From: a bacterium
GTDB lineage: Bacteria > Electryoneota > JAOADG01
Direction: 5' to 3'
Length of the DNA stretch: 64,000 bases
NCBI GenBank assembly: GCA_963681965.1
Contig: OY820579.1
Location: 128,001 to 192,000, forward strand
In this document: one piece after another, positions 47,201 to 56,520 of the stretch
How the letters are laid out: each line of letters opens with the position of its first letter
How positions within the stretch are numbered: position 1 is the stretch's first letter
The notes under the pieces: model-generated
The model's database searches: none
The model's input: only the letters and a program-made list of their open reading frames with translations
What the model was told of the DNA's origin: nothing
Position numbers and translations under genes: made by a program

Positions 47201-47951
47201 CTTGGACAAAATATCGAATGACAGCATTATAATCCGGATTGGGAGGGCGTACGATCAGATAGCTGCCGGGTCGCCATAGTTTCGAGCGTCCGATCGAAAA
47301 ATTCGGATATCCCAGAAAAGTCGTCTCATAAATTTGATCGAACGAGCGCAAGATTGGCGATGTGAAAACATTGCCGGTTGGCGTTGCGGACAAATCGATC
47401 TCGACTTCGCTATTGGCTTCGATCGTACCATCGGCTAGTTCGCGAATCGGATAGACTGTCACCGGTATCACACCGAAATCCTTGAAGACAGCCGCCTCGC
47501 CGACGTTGACCAGTGGCATACTCACAGCAGTTTTCGACCGGTGGTCGTCGGGTTGATCTAGATCGGAAGCGATAGCAACGATTCCATCCAACTGCAGAGG
47601 TGTATAAAGGGTTGGAAATTTCGCGGTAGCGATGGCTTTCCCGGTTACCGGCGAGTTAAAAGGGATGAAAACAGTGACACTGGAAATGTCGGGATAGCCA
47701 ATGCCGGGTTGTGATTCGTTGATACCACCAACACGGATCTTGACACCGGTAACCGATGATTCAACGGTGAATTGATTTATTCGGACGACGAAGCGAACGC
47801 GATATTCCGATCGCTGGAGCAGTTCGACAGTAGCGGTGGTGGATTGGGAAGTAATAAACGGCGAACTACCGGGCAATCGGATCGTTCGCGCAGTCGCAGC
47901 AGACAAATTGACAGCGACCAGCAGTGAAAGGATCGATAGCAGTTTCTTCAT
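44256..47951 (-). CDS. Gingipain/peptidase C25-like protein with T9SS-type CTD (divergent third paralog)
   Basis: Signal peptide; 'EYVVLLGD', 'DLDYVLLDGNDFWPEAMIGRIP', 'SMGCQSG', 'YHILGDPSL', 'GPDIFGY', 'YPNPFN...KIVLLK'. Confidence 0.8.
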   Translation of the reverse strand: MKKLLSILSLLVAVNLSAATARTIRLPGSSPFITSQSTTATVELLQRSEYRVRFVVRINQFTVESSVTGVKIRVGGINESQPGIGYPDISSVTVFIPFNSPVTGKAIATAKFPTLYTPLQLDGIVAIASDLDQPDDHRSKTAVSMPLVNVGEAAVFKDFGVIPVTVYPIRELADGTIEANSEVEIDLSATPTGNVFTSPILRSFDQIYETTFLGYPNFSIGRSKLWRPGSYLIVRPPNPDYNAVIRYFVQEKQLAGFNVIVRNIPMGATANDIKSIIETVYREQSHILPVEYVVLLGDADRLDNVPTFPYTLSASEIIPTDLDYVLLDGNDFWPEAMIGRIPFGSVTGLATIINKSVDHHNSPGLHFYPSRNRAFSFAGNYSLSPSVIDYSRWTAQLLADQGYDTTTYFCPPQPMPGTDSVLVLINRGNSVITYMGLSDSQGLLYPRLQKTDLSQVNRDDAILYSMGCQSGRFAALNATVDDNQCFGEAWIEAGTPAIPKCGPAFYGATHLHTSNRYNPTLLAGTMHGWLNEKLDKLGTATLRGKLELYRNFPNEWNAVEGYFRSYHILGDPSLQLWYGVPDTLTVTIPDQINSSMSSITLHVFDHQTNQPQPNLTASLIVGPNADNQAVGITDASGTVTLPLRVVPGDFVFVMVCGNNFLPSQFQFYVLDTVSTSFRVDSLHYNNTASLPNPGENGDLQVYVKNVGSTSVIANATLFDSSETNRISILQDTSNAGTVNPGGTAMLSFRIRVNSLRDRSPISLYLNFSGQEVGFALPVNWINPMVDRYECLVGSLNPGENDQTTLQLQISNRGSAPIPQCNWRFESDSDVIQILSGTIFNPVIADSGTIDLTLRVRSNAMPGQVVPIRTLIYQPNGPDTLVYQITLTCGERSQNMPTGPDIFGYFAYEEIDTVVGNSVHPIYRWIELDTALGGSGEPLELGDDQTVTLALPFDFRFYDRLYPTGHAISICSNGWISFDSTNRSDYLNHALPYALGPRSMIAANWDDLRGSSTDSENVRVFTQHRTIQNDHSFVIEWASAYSQYGFETLQQHQKFEIVLYTNPSGSEQNSVIDIFYHTASEIDQSNNYTTVGIMNWERTDGLQVAFANILAPGSEALHNSHAIRFTTARLDAVAESGNLQTNILPNVFGISSVYPNPFNNATTIDYNLSHSGNVKLILYDLSGREIRALEQGFRSVGKYRTQLNGTGLASGTYFLKLSNGKENSLRKIVLLK

Positions 47952-48109
47952 AAGTGCACCCTCGACAAGTTAGGCACTGCGTGATCTTTCCCATGATCGA
48001 ATTTTCAATCATTCAGAAGGAACTATTCGAGTCGGACATTCTCCTATTATAAAATAATTAACTTTTGGTATTACATCAAGACGCAATCGTCTCAACAAAA
48101 AAATATTTT

Positions 48110-50461
48110 TTAACGCAGCAGTACGATCTTGCGGGTAACAATCTGGTTATTTGACATTAATCGGAGAAAATATGTGCCTGACGCGAGCGCTGAACCATCC
48201 ACTTGAATGCGGTAACTCCCCGTGGCGCGATACCCCTGCTCGAGCGATCGGATTTCACGACCGGAGAGATCGAACAGCTTTAAGTCGATGGTGCCGGAAG
48301 CCGGTAGTGAATAGGATATGGTTGTGCTGGAATTGAAGGGATTGGGGTAGTTGGCTACTCGAAATCCAGTTATTGATTGTGCAATATTCTCTGTGGCATT
48401 CAATCCACCCGGGATAATCCCGAACAACTCTCCCCGAAGTACTATCTGTCCAAACATGGATTGGTCGTAGATCCGGTAAGCATAGGATCTACCATTGACC
48501 AAACCGACTGAATCGACAAACTGATAGTCAACTGGTATGTTACTAATCCCATTTAATGCAATCGTATGGTAACTACCCAATGAATTCCAGTATTCATTTG
48601 AATCGTTTTCCATTTTTCGATAAATATTAAAAAAGAGATTGTGATCTTCTGTCGCCGACCAATTCAAGGTTACCCGATTATTTCCCGGAATAGCGTTGCA
48701 AGTAAATGACGGCGAGGTAAACTGAGTGGATAAACTCCAATAACCTCTCAATGGTGGATTATATACGGTTGCTCGCCAGACATTCGGAGTACCAGCTTCA
48801 AAGAGTTCTATGCGAGGAAGAAAAATCTTCCAGTAGGAATTAAAATAAACTAATGCAGTAATCTGAGGATTGTGTGTTCGGGGGTCACCGAAGTTTGACG
48901 GCAGATCATTATCTGTAAAATAAAATTCGATATCTACATATGAATTGTTAAGTCCTCGCGTCTCAAAATCCCACCAGCGGTGAATGCTGTTACTTGAATC
49001 ATACGGCACTGACCATAACGAATCTTCTAACGCAATACGCGTGGGAAGATATCCCGGTCGATTAACTTCATAACCCGCGTAAACCTCGTCAGGTTGACGA
49101 CCAAACCCACCATAGAATGTCATTCCTATTGGTGGAATGTTATTTGTGTTTGGATCATCCGGAAAATTTAACACCCATGGATCGACATTTGCTCCTGGAT
49201 ACGGGTTTGCAACCGCAACCATTTGACCGTTGCTCCAGGGATTCCAAACAGTCTGATTTCCAGTACCGCACAAATCAACCGAAAATGAAGAATCGAGTGC
49301 ATTGCAGCTAAAACTCAGACGAGATCGATACACGCCCGATGCATCAGGACAGAATCGGACAACGATTTCAAGATAATTATGCAGCACATTTGGACTAACA
49401 GTGTACGAATTTTGATGATTTTGCAGATAAAAACAACTGCCCGTTTGTAACGAATTAATCCTCAATGTTCCGGGACCATTATTCATTATCACGAAAGATC
49501 GATCTGAACATTCATTAACCCGAACAGTTTCAAAATCGATAACGGAATCAAGTGGTAACCCATTCATTGTAATCTGAAAGCTCGGTATCGGTGTTGGAAG
49601 ACCTGACCCGCTTAATTCAAGGCGACAGATTCCTCCTGAACCGGAGTTGGTGAATTCAAAAGTACCCAACCGAGTACCGGTTTGCGATGGCGTAAAACTG
49701 ATTAATACGTCGAGATATTCGCCACTCGCTAATTGGCACCGACTCAGATTGTTGTGGAAATCGCCACTTGATACACCATTTCCAAGTGACAGACTAATCA
49801 GACTACGATTAGTGATTCGAATCGTATGAGTGATGGTAGAATCGCGATATATCGAACCGAAATTTACCGGGTTAGTGATTGAACTACCATCAGTTTCGGT
49901 GACACTAATTTCAGGTGGAACCGATAAACCACAGGGTTGCCAATTGGGAGCCGATGAAGACGGGTTCACCTGAATTGCATAAAGTGTGCTGTCGGACGAG
50001 GGGATAATGAATAGACCACCATCAACAAAGTGCGATCCTGAAATAAAGGGTACCGATGCAGTTGCAGAAATTTCCGCCCAAACGCGTAGGTAGAATTGCG
50101 TACCGGCATTCAGAGTATTCGGAGTACGTGTATCGATAGGGAAGGCGGTCTGTCCGGTTAAAACTACCGAGAAGGAACCACCATAAAACGTTCCAGTTCC
50201 AATCGCAAATGTTGAAATCAGAGTATCTCCACTCGCCGGCATGCCAAGAAAATTTCCCGATGATTGCGGTGGATGAATTGATCTATTCGGTCGAATAATC
50301 TGTACCAGTCTGCCTGTTGGAACCGGTATTCCGCTATACATGATGTTGATATTATTCGAGTGGATCCGATCGTAGGTATTAATCGAGATCGAAATGGGAT
50401 TTGCTGTTGCTAGCCCAGCAAACAAAATTATCGAAAGTAAGCAGCAGTATGTTTTCTTCAT
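48110..50461 (-). CDS. Secreted protein with choice-of-anchor D-like Ig domains and T9SS-type CTD
   Basis: Signal peptide; 'VNFGSI...ITNRS' and 'IDFETV...IMNNG' Ig modules; 'NYPNPFNSSTTI...KIVLLR'. Confidence 0.78.
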   Translation of the reverse strand: MKKTYCCLLSIILFAGLATANPISISINTYDRIHSNNINIMYSGIPVPTGRLVQIIRPNRSIHPPQSSGNFLGMPASGDTLISTFAIGTGTFYGGSFSVVLTGQTAFPIDTRTPNTLNAGTQFYLRVWAEISATASVPFISGSHFVDGGLFIIPSSDSTLYAIQVNPSSSAPNWQPCGLSVPPEISVTETDGSSITNPVNFGSIYRDSTITHTIRITNRSLISLSLGNGVSSGDFHNNLSRCQLASGEYLDVLISFTPSQTGTRLGTFEFTNSGSGGICRLELSGSGLPTPIPSFQITMNGLPLDSVIDFETVRVNECSDRSFVIMNNGPGTLRINSLQTGSCFYLQNHQNSYTVSPNVLHNYLEIVVRFCPDASGVYRSRLSFSCNALDSSFSVDLCGTGNQTVWNPWSNGQMVAVANPYPGANVDPWVLNFPDDPNTNNIPPIGMTFYGGFGRQPDEVYAGYEVNRPGYLPTRIALEDSLWSVPYDSSNSIHRWWDFETRGLNNSYVDIEFYFTDNDLPSNFGDPRTHNPQITALVYFNSYWKIFLPRIELFEAGTPNVWRATVYNPPLRGYWSLSTQFTSPSFTCNAIPGNNRVTLNWSATEDHNLFFNIYRKMENDSNEYWNSLGSYHTIALNGISNIPVDYQFVDSVGLVNGRSYAYRIYDQSMFGQIVLRGELFGIIPGGLNATENIAQSITGFRVANYPNPFNSSTTISYSLPASGTIDLKLFDLSGREIRSLEQGYRATGSYRIQVDGSALASGTYFLRLMSNNQIVTRKIVLLR

Positions 50462-50922
50462 ATCACACTCATTCGATAAAACCCATTGCCCATCATGTAT
50501 CTGGCTGAAAAATCTTCAGAATGAACGAACATCACAATTTTGAGTCGGCGAATTTTACCAAATTTTTCTTAGATTGATTTAGGTTACAAAACAGATCATG
50601 ATACTACAAGCATTATTTTGATAAATAATTTTTGCATTGTGCGCCGAATCAATTTGATGTTGTCCTCAACTTGGTAAAAATAAACCTAGTCACATGATTT
50701 ATAAGTCTTTATCATTACAAATTATCCAAATTTACTTTTTGATGTTGAGTGTATCGTGAAAATTACAAACTCAAGTATCGTTACTGATTACTCGAGAGTT
50801 AACTTTAAATCAATCAATTTGCATGAATGATAATTCCATTGTTTTTTAAGGTCAAAAACAGGCGAATAACTTACAGTGAGTGGTTCGCGGGTGTCATGCG
50901 AGGGTGTTGAAGAAAAAAAAAA

Positions 50923-51102
50923 GGAGGGCGTGGGAGCCCTCCCCTACTAAAAAAAGATGAAAGGAAAAAAACGGGAGGGCGTGGGAGCCCTCCCCTACTA
51001 AAAAAAGATGAAAAGATACAAAAACGGGAGGGCGTTGGAGCCCTCCCCTACTAAAAAAAGATGAAAAGAAAAAAACGGGAGGGCTCACGAGCCCTCCCCT
51101 GC
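50923..51102 (-). repeat. Tandem array of four GTAG-type REP-like hairpins, each followed by a U-tract on the dnaJ strand
   Basis: Units at 50923, 50973, 51026 and 51077 read GTAGGGGAGGGC-N5/6-GCCCTCCC-GTTTTT on the minus strand; period about 51-53 bp with near-identical A-rich linkers. Confidence 0.88.
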
Positions 51103-51165
51103 TACAAGAATATGGATGCAATATTTTACCGATTTAAAAAATTAGAGCTGCTGGGATGCTTCAAC

Positions 51166-52323
51166 TTACATCAATTTTTCGCGTAATCGCTCGAAGAAAC
51201 TCTTGCCGATCTCTTCGCTCGGACCGATGTCCTCCTGATCGAGTCGCTCGATGATTTCGCGCTGTTTCGAATTTAACTTTTCGGGAACCCAAACAGTGAT
51301 TACGACAATCTGATCGCCGCTGCCATAGCCGTTCAGATGCGGGATACCGGCATTGCGCATTCGAAGTTGTTTTCCACTCTGCGTTCCGACAGGGATCTTC
51401 AGTTTCGCCTTCCCTTTCAGCGTCGGAATTTCGACTTCACCGCCGAGTGCCGCACGTGGAAAGGAAATGACGAGATCGTAATACAGATCGTCGCCGTGAC
51501 GGGTAAAGACTTTATGTTCCTTCTCCTGAATGACGACAATGAGATCACCCGCTGGAGCACCACGCCGCCCGGCATGCCCCTGACCGCGCAACGTGAGGTA
51601 ATTGTCGTTGCGAACGCCGATCGGAATCTTGACGGCAACCGTCACTTCACCGCGAATACGACCTTCGCCACTGCACTCGGGACAGGGATTCTCGATCATG
51701 TGTCCGGCACCGCCACAAGTCGGGCAGACGGAAACCGATGAGATTTGTCCAAGGATCGTGCGTTGCACCTGCCGCACCTGTCCACGACCACTACAGGTTT
51801 TACAGGTGGTTTTCTTCGAGCCGGGTTTTGAACCGCTACCGTGACAAGTATCGCACTCTTTCAAGCGGCGAATCTTAATTTTCTTCTCGACACCGGTTGC
51901 GATCTCTTCCAGATCCAGTTGTACGGCTACTTGCAAATTTGAACCACGACTCGCTTCCTCAGGATCGCCACCACCACCGAAACCGAAGGGATCGAACCCG
52001 CCAAAACTACCTCCTCCACCGCCGCCAAAAGCAGAACCGAAGAAATCGCGGAAGATTTCGAATGGATCGACAGCGCCACCACTGAAACCACCACCAGCTC
52101 CCGGCATTTGATGCCCGAACCGGTCGTATTGCTGGCGCTTGGCGGGATCGGACAAGACCGAATACGCTTCGCCGATTTCCTTAAATTTATCCTCGGCTGT
52201 TTTATCGCCGGGATTCTTATCGGGGTGAAATTCCATCGCCAATTTGCGGTACGACTTTTTAATCTCTTCCGGCGAAGCCGATTTTTCAACCCCAAGTACT
52301 TCGTAATAATCGCGTTTTTCCAT
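51166..52323 (-). CDS. dnaJ: Chaperone DnaJ
   Basis: J-domain with HPD, G/F-rich linker, four CxxCxGxG motifs. Confidence 0.97.
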   Translation of the reverse strand: MEKRDYYEVLGVEKSASPEEIKKSYRKLAMEFHPDKNPGDKTAEDKFKEIGEAYSVLSDPAKRQQYDRFGHQMPGAGGGFSGGAVDPFEIFRDFFGSAFGGGGGGSFGGFDPFGFGGGGDPEEASRGSNLQVAVQLDLEEIATGVEKKIKIRRLKECDTCHGSGSKPGSKKTTCKTCSGRGQVRQVQRTILGQISSVSVCPTCGGAGHMIENPCPECSGEGRIRGEVTVAVKIPIGVRNDNYLTLRGQGHAGRRGAPAGDLIVVIQEKEHKVFTRHGDDLYYDLVISFPRAALGGEVEIPTLKGKAKLKIPVGTQSGKQLRMRNAGIPHLNGYGSGDQIVVITVWVPEKLNSKQREIIERLDQEDIGPSEEIGKSFFERLREKLM

Positions 52324-52356
52324 AATACTTTTTTACGAATCGACGATCGATTCGAT

Positions 52357-53016
52357 TTACTCCCCAGCTTCCGGTTTTACGGCTACCATAACTTTCGCAG
52401 CATGCAACAAGTGATCGTGCATTTTCCAACCCGGTTCGATCAGAATCGCAACGGAATGATCGGCGAATTCGGTCGAAGGCATACTGCCGATCGCTTCATG
52501 CAATGCAGGATCAAAGGGTGTTCCGGGTTTCGGTGCGATCTTCTCGATGGCAACTGCTTCCAAGGCGCGACCTAATTTGCTATAGAGCATCTGCACCGCT
52601 TCGAGTAATTTTTCCGCTTCGGTATTGACGCTGAATTGCACAATCCGCTCAAGGTCGAGTAGCGGCGAAACCAATTGCTTCGCCAGCGGTTCGGGACCAT
52701 ACTTACGCAGTTCACCAATCTCTACGTGCTTGCGGCGCTGGATTGTCTGTGTTTCGGCGATTGCACGAAGGGTTTCGCTTTGCGCTTCTTTCAATTCGGA
52801 TTCGAGTTTCGCAATTTTTGTTTCGAACTCAGTGATCTGCGTCTGATGGAGTTCATTCTGCAGATTCGATTCCGGAGCTGAAGAGACTGCGGGATCCGAT
52901 TCGACAGGCGATTCCGGGTCATCCTGAGTAATCGGAATATCAGTCGGTTTTCCCGTCGCGGTATAGGCGCGAGGATCGCTTTTTTTGTGATCAGATTTCT
53001 TAAACAAGTTGTTCAT
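52357..53016 (-). CDS. grpE: Nucleotide exchange factor GrpE
   Basis: 'LRAIAE', 'FDPALHEAI', 'GWKMHDHLLHAAKVMVA'; lies between hrcA and dnaJ; ATG overlaps the hrcA stop. Confidence 0.9.
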   Translation of the reverse strand: MNNLFKKSDHKKSDPRAYTATGKPTDIPITQDDPESPVESDPAVSSAPESNLQNELHQTQITEFETKIAKLESELKEAQSETLRAIAETQTIQRRKHVEIGELRKYGPEPLAKQLVSPLLDLERIVQFSVNTEAEKLLEAVQMLYSKLGRALEAVAIEKIAPKPGTPFDPALHEAIGSMPSTEFADHSVAILIEPGWKMHDHLLHAAKVMVAVKPEAGE

Positions 53017-54050
53017 ACCTTTGTGTGAATTTTGGTTAACAATGATGCGGCATAACCCGCGAGCGCCATGTGCCGGGGATAATCCATACGGGTGGGACCG
53101 ATGATACCGATCGTTCCCATCAGGTCGCCAACACAATAATTCGCGGCGATACACGATAGTTCCCGGGTCGCAGGATTGCCAGTCTCTTCGCCGATTTTTA
53201 CGACGACCGAATCTTCTTCATTATCCAACAAGTGCAGGAGAATATCGTTCCCCTCCAACAGTTCGATCACTGCTCGCATCTTGTCCGGGTCGCGAAATTC
53301 GGGTTGCGACAGGGCATTCCCGGTTCCGGCAACGCTCGGTGTTTGATCGCCGAATAGCGAATCGGTGTAATTGAGAATTAACCGCACCAATTCGGAGTGC
53401 GCCAATCCGGTATCGGCTAAGCGTTGATCCGCTTCATTCAGCAAATCGGATAATTTTACGCCGCTGAGACGTTCGTTCATCAATCGGTTGAGACCGATCA
53501 ATTCCGTCGGTGAGACCCGCATTGGCAGTTCGATCAGAATGGTTTTGATCATCCCTTCCAGCAACGATACGACAAGTAGAAGGCGCTCTTCGGCAATTGG
53601 GATTAACTCGATACGTTGCAGAATACCACGGTCGAGACGAGGTGACAGAACTACGGTAATTAAATGCGATGCCTGCGCCAAAATCGAGGCGAAACGCGAT
53701 AACAGTTCGGTGCCTTGAATCGGCATCTCTTCGAATTCGCGTTCGATCTGCGCTTGGATCGTTCGTTCAATTCGGGGCTGGGTAATATTATCTACGAATA
53801 CGCGATATCCCAACGCAGTCGGCACGCGACCACCGGACGTATGCGTGTGTGTCAGCATACCGGCAGCTTCCAAGTCCGCCATCACATTGCGCACTGTTGC
53901 TGAAGAAACATTCAGTGCCGATCCTGCCAATGTCAATGAACTGACTGGTTGCGCGGTCAGTACAAATTGATGGACGATCGCATTCAGCACTTCGCGGTGA
54001 CGTTCCGAAAGAGTAAGTGGCGAGACGATATTTTTCCGCACCGAATTCAT
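53013..54050 (-). CDS. hrcA: Heat-inducible transcription repressor HrcA
   Basis: 'PVSS...SSATVRNVMADLE..G.L.HTHTSGGRVPT..GYR', 'IGPTRMDY'. Confidence 0.95.
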   Translation of the reverse strand: MNSVRKNIVSPLTLSERHREVLNAIVHQFVLTAQPVSSLTLAGSALNVSSATVRNVMADLEAAGMLTHTHTSGGRVPTALGYRVFVDNITQPRIERTIQAQIEREFEEMPIQGTELLSRFASILAQASHLITVVLSPRLDRGILQRIELIPIAEERLLLVVSLLEGMIKTILIELPMRVSPTELIGLNRLMNERLSGVKLSDLLNEADQRLADTGLAHSELVRLILNYTDSLFGDQTPSVAGTGNALSQPEFRDPDKMRAVIELLEGNDILLHLLDNEEDSVVVKIGEETGNPATRELSCIAANYCVGDLMGTIGIIGPTRMDYPRHMALAGYAASLLTKIHTKV

Positions 54051-54126
54051 TAATTACTGCTATCTTTATGTTATTTTATAACTTACCTATTACCAAACAA
54101 CACTGGTCTCAGTAAACAATACGAAC

Positions 54127-54993
54127 TTATTGTTCGGGTTGCTTGATTATTTTTCCCGATCCCCGCGCTGCCAACCAACCGGTAGACCACCCGATCAACA
54201 ACGCAATGAGGGGGATCAAGAATACCGAAAGCGGAATCGTCGTTGCAATCGGACTGTTACGCTGCGCAAGCCAGAACATTGTCAACCAACCCCAAGCTAC
54301 CGCCAGAGCTCCGGTAATAAACCCAATGATTGCCGCGAGTTGATAGTAGGGTCGACGGAAGTAACCGCGCGAAGCGCCGAGCAACGATAGCACATTCGCC
54401 ATCGTTGCCGAACCAGTCACCGCAGACCGGACAATAAACACGCCGATAACAATGAATACTAACGCTAATCCGACGCCAATTCCGATGATATATGGAATCG
54501 TGTCGTTAAAAGAATTTTCTACCCAACCCGCCAGTTCACCTTCAAATACTGCTTCATTCACCGGTGGAAGATCGGAAGCAAATTTTTGGATCTGTCGCAT
54601 CCGCGATGGTGTTGCCAGCGCTTTTGGAAGTGTGACGATATACGATGGGGGTAGTGGATTCTCACCGAGCAAATTCAGCAAATCGGGACCAAATTCCTGC
54701 ATAAATCGCTCGCGCGCTTCTCCGGGTGAGATATACTGAAACGATGTACCGGGCGGCACGTTACGTTTGAGAGCCGCTAACACCGAATCACGTTCGGGAC
54801 CAGTTGCCGATGCGTGCAAATAGACTTCGAGTTGGAATTGGCGGAGGAAACGTTCTTTGAGTGAATCGACAATCTGAATCGCAACCAATGTTGTAACCAG
54901 AACCGACGACATTAGGAAGATTGCGAGCGCGAACCATGCAAATCGCGATACATTTCGTCGAAAAGTGTAGATTAGTTCTGAGATCCGATTCAT
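54127..54993 (-). CDS. ftsX: Cell division permease FtsX
   Basis: Four transmembrane segments, 'LEVYL', 'ENPLPPSY', 'LLGAS'; translationally coupled to ftsE. Confidence 0.82.
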   Translation of the reverse strand: MNRISELIYTFRRNVSRFAWFALAIFLMSSVLVTTLVAIQIVDSLKERFLRQFQLEVYLHASATGPERDSVLAALKRNVPPGTSFQYISPGEARERFMQEFGPDLLNLLGENPLPPSYIVTLPKALATPSRMRQIQKFASDLPPVNEAVFEGELAGWVENSFNDTIPYIIGIGVGLALVFIVIGVFIVRSAVTGSATMANVLSLLGASRGYFRRPYYQLAAIIGFITGALAVAWGWLTMFWLAQRNSPIATTIPLSVFLIPLIALLIGWSTGWLAARGSGKIIKQPEQ

Positions 54994-55709
54994 GGTCGCA
55001 ACCCCATCCATAATCCACCGAGTTGGGTTTGTGCTTGAGGTTGATCAAATTGATTGTCGGCGATGATTCTGCCTTCTTCCAGTCGAATCGTCCGTGGCGA
55101 AAGCTGATGAAAGATATCCAATACCGAGGTTGTAATCAGTACCGTTACCCCTTGACGATGTTCTTCGGCAATGACATCGAGCAGAAATTGAATCGATTCC
55201 CGATCAAGATTCACAGCGGGATCGTCGAAGATGAGCAACGCCGGTTCGCTTGCCAAGGCGCGGGCAAGACTGACGCGCATCCATTCGCCAGCAGACAACC
55301 CTTTTCCACGATGTCCGGCACGTCCTGTAAGACCCACAGCCGATAGTGCATCGAGTGCTTTGTGCTTGATCGCTTTTCGCGAAAGCGTGCCGTGTAGATA
55401 AAGCGGTAACGCAACATTTTCAAGCAGCGAACGGTCGGGGAGTAACCCTAAATCGGGAATGATCATTCCGATTTGCCTACGGTATTCCACCATTTCCTTG
55501 CGCGACAAATCGAAAATCGAAGTTCCACTCACAACAATCCGCCCGGAATCGGGTCGCTCGATTCCGATCAACATCCGCACTAGCGTCGTCTTCCCGGATG
55601 CAACCGATCCTTCGACAACGAGTAACTCGCCGCGATCGATTTGGCAATCGAATTCACGAATGCCGCCGCCGTTTTTGTAGATCTTTGTGACGTGGAGAAA
55701 ATCGATCAT
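54990..55709 (-). CDS. ftsE: Cell division ATP-binding protein FtsE (degenerate motifs)
   Basis: 'MIDFLHVTKIY', Walker A 'GSVASGKTT', 'RRQIG', 'ENVALPL', 'LSAGE'; adjacent to ftsX. Confidence 0.82.
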   Translation of the reverse strand: MIDFLHVTKIYKNGGGIREFDCQIDRGELLVVEGSVASGKTTLVRMLIGIERPDSGRIVVSGTSIFDLSRKEMVEYRRQIGMIIPDLGLLPDRSLLENVALPLYLHGTLSRKAIKHKALDALSAVGLTGRAGHRGKGLSAGEWMRVSLARALASEPALLIFDDPAVNLDRESIQFLLDVIAEEHRQGVTVLITTSVLDIFHQLSPRTIRLEEGRIIADNQFDQPQAQTQLGGLWMGLRP

Positions 55710-56464
55710 TTCATTTCCGCGATTGCGACTCCCGATGAAGTACCAATCCGGTTGGCACCGGCAACAATCATTTTCAGTGCGGTTCGCAGTTCGCGAACGC
55801 CCCCCGATGCTTTAACACCAATGTGCGTACCGACCACTTCTCGCATGATCCGAATGGCATGTTCCGTAGCACCACCACTGGGATGAAATCCGGTCGATGT
55901 TTTTACAAATGAGGCACCAGCTCGCAACGCAATTTCACAACCGCGACGCAATTCGAGATCGGTCAACGTTGCCGATTCCAGAATTACCTTTACGGCAGCC
56001 CGGTCGGATGCGGCATCGATCACCGCGCAGATATCTTCTGCGACCGCTTCCCACTCCCCACTTTTGACCGCCCCAAGATTCCAGACCATGTCCAGCTCTT
56101 CGGCACCGGCATCGACTGCGATTGCGGCTTCATTGTTCTTCACAGCGGCGGTATGCATTCCACTCGGAAATCCGATCACACAACAGGCTTTACAATCGGA
56201 ATTCTTCAATTCTGCAGCTACGACCGGAAGCCAATAGGAGTGCACGCATACCGATGCGAATGGGTACCGTTTCGCCTGATCGCAGATCGTCCTGACCTCG
56301 GCATTCGTCGCTTCCGGTTTGAGGATCGTGTGATCGATCATCGGAACAATCATTTGCGCCGCACAAAGAACATCGCTGTGGACATCTGCCGGAGACCAGT
56401 CGTCAATTGCCAGTAACCGCTGGGCAAGAGCGATTAATTTGGGATCGGGAAGTTGCGAGGACAT
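55706..56464 (-). CDS. deoC: Deoxyribose-phosphate aldolase
   Basis: 'IDHTILKP', 'VIGFPSG', 'KVILE', 'FVKTSTGF', 'VKASGGVR', 'RIGTSSG'. Confidence 0.96.
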   Translation of the reverse strand: MSSQLPDPKLIALAQRLLAIDDWSPADVHSDVLCAAQMIVPMIDHTILKPEATNAEVRTICDQAKRYPFASVCVHSYWLPVVAAELKNSDCKACCVIGFPSGMHTAAVKNNEAAIAVDAGAEELDMVWNLGAVKSGEWEAVAEDICAVIDAASDRAAVKVILESATLTDLELRRGCEIALRAGASFVKTSTGFHPSGGATEHAIRIMREVVGTHIGVKASGGVRELRTALKMIVAGANRIGTSSGVAIAEMK

Positions 56465-56520
56465 GAGCCACTCCGCATTAAAATATTATTTATCTTAACC
56501 GATTCGATGAATCGGCAGGA

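Noticed and set aside
50923-51102. Possible CRISPR array (palindromic repeats at regular spacing)
   Set aside because: The spacers are near-identical poly-A linkers, the loops vary, and there are no cas genes; it fits a REP/terminator tandem array
50894-51121. 75-aa ORF with repeated 'LVGEGSHAL'
   Set aside because: It is a translation of the REP array
54030-54126. CIRCE operator before hrcA
   Set aside because: Only a weak half-site (ATAGCAGTA) with no matching second arm
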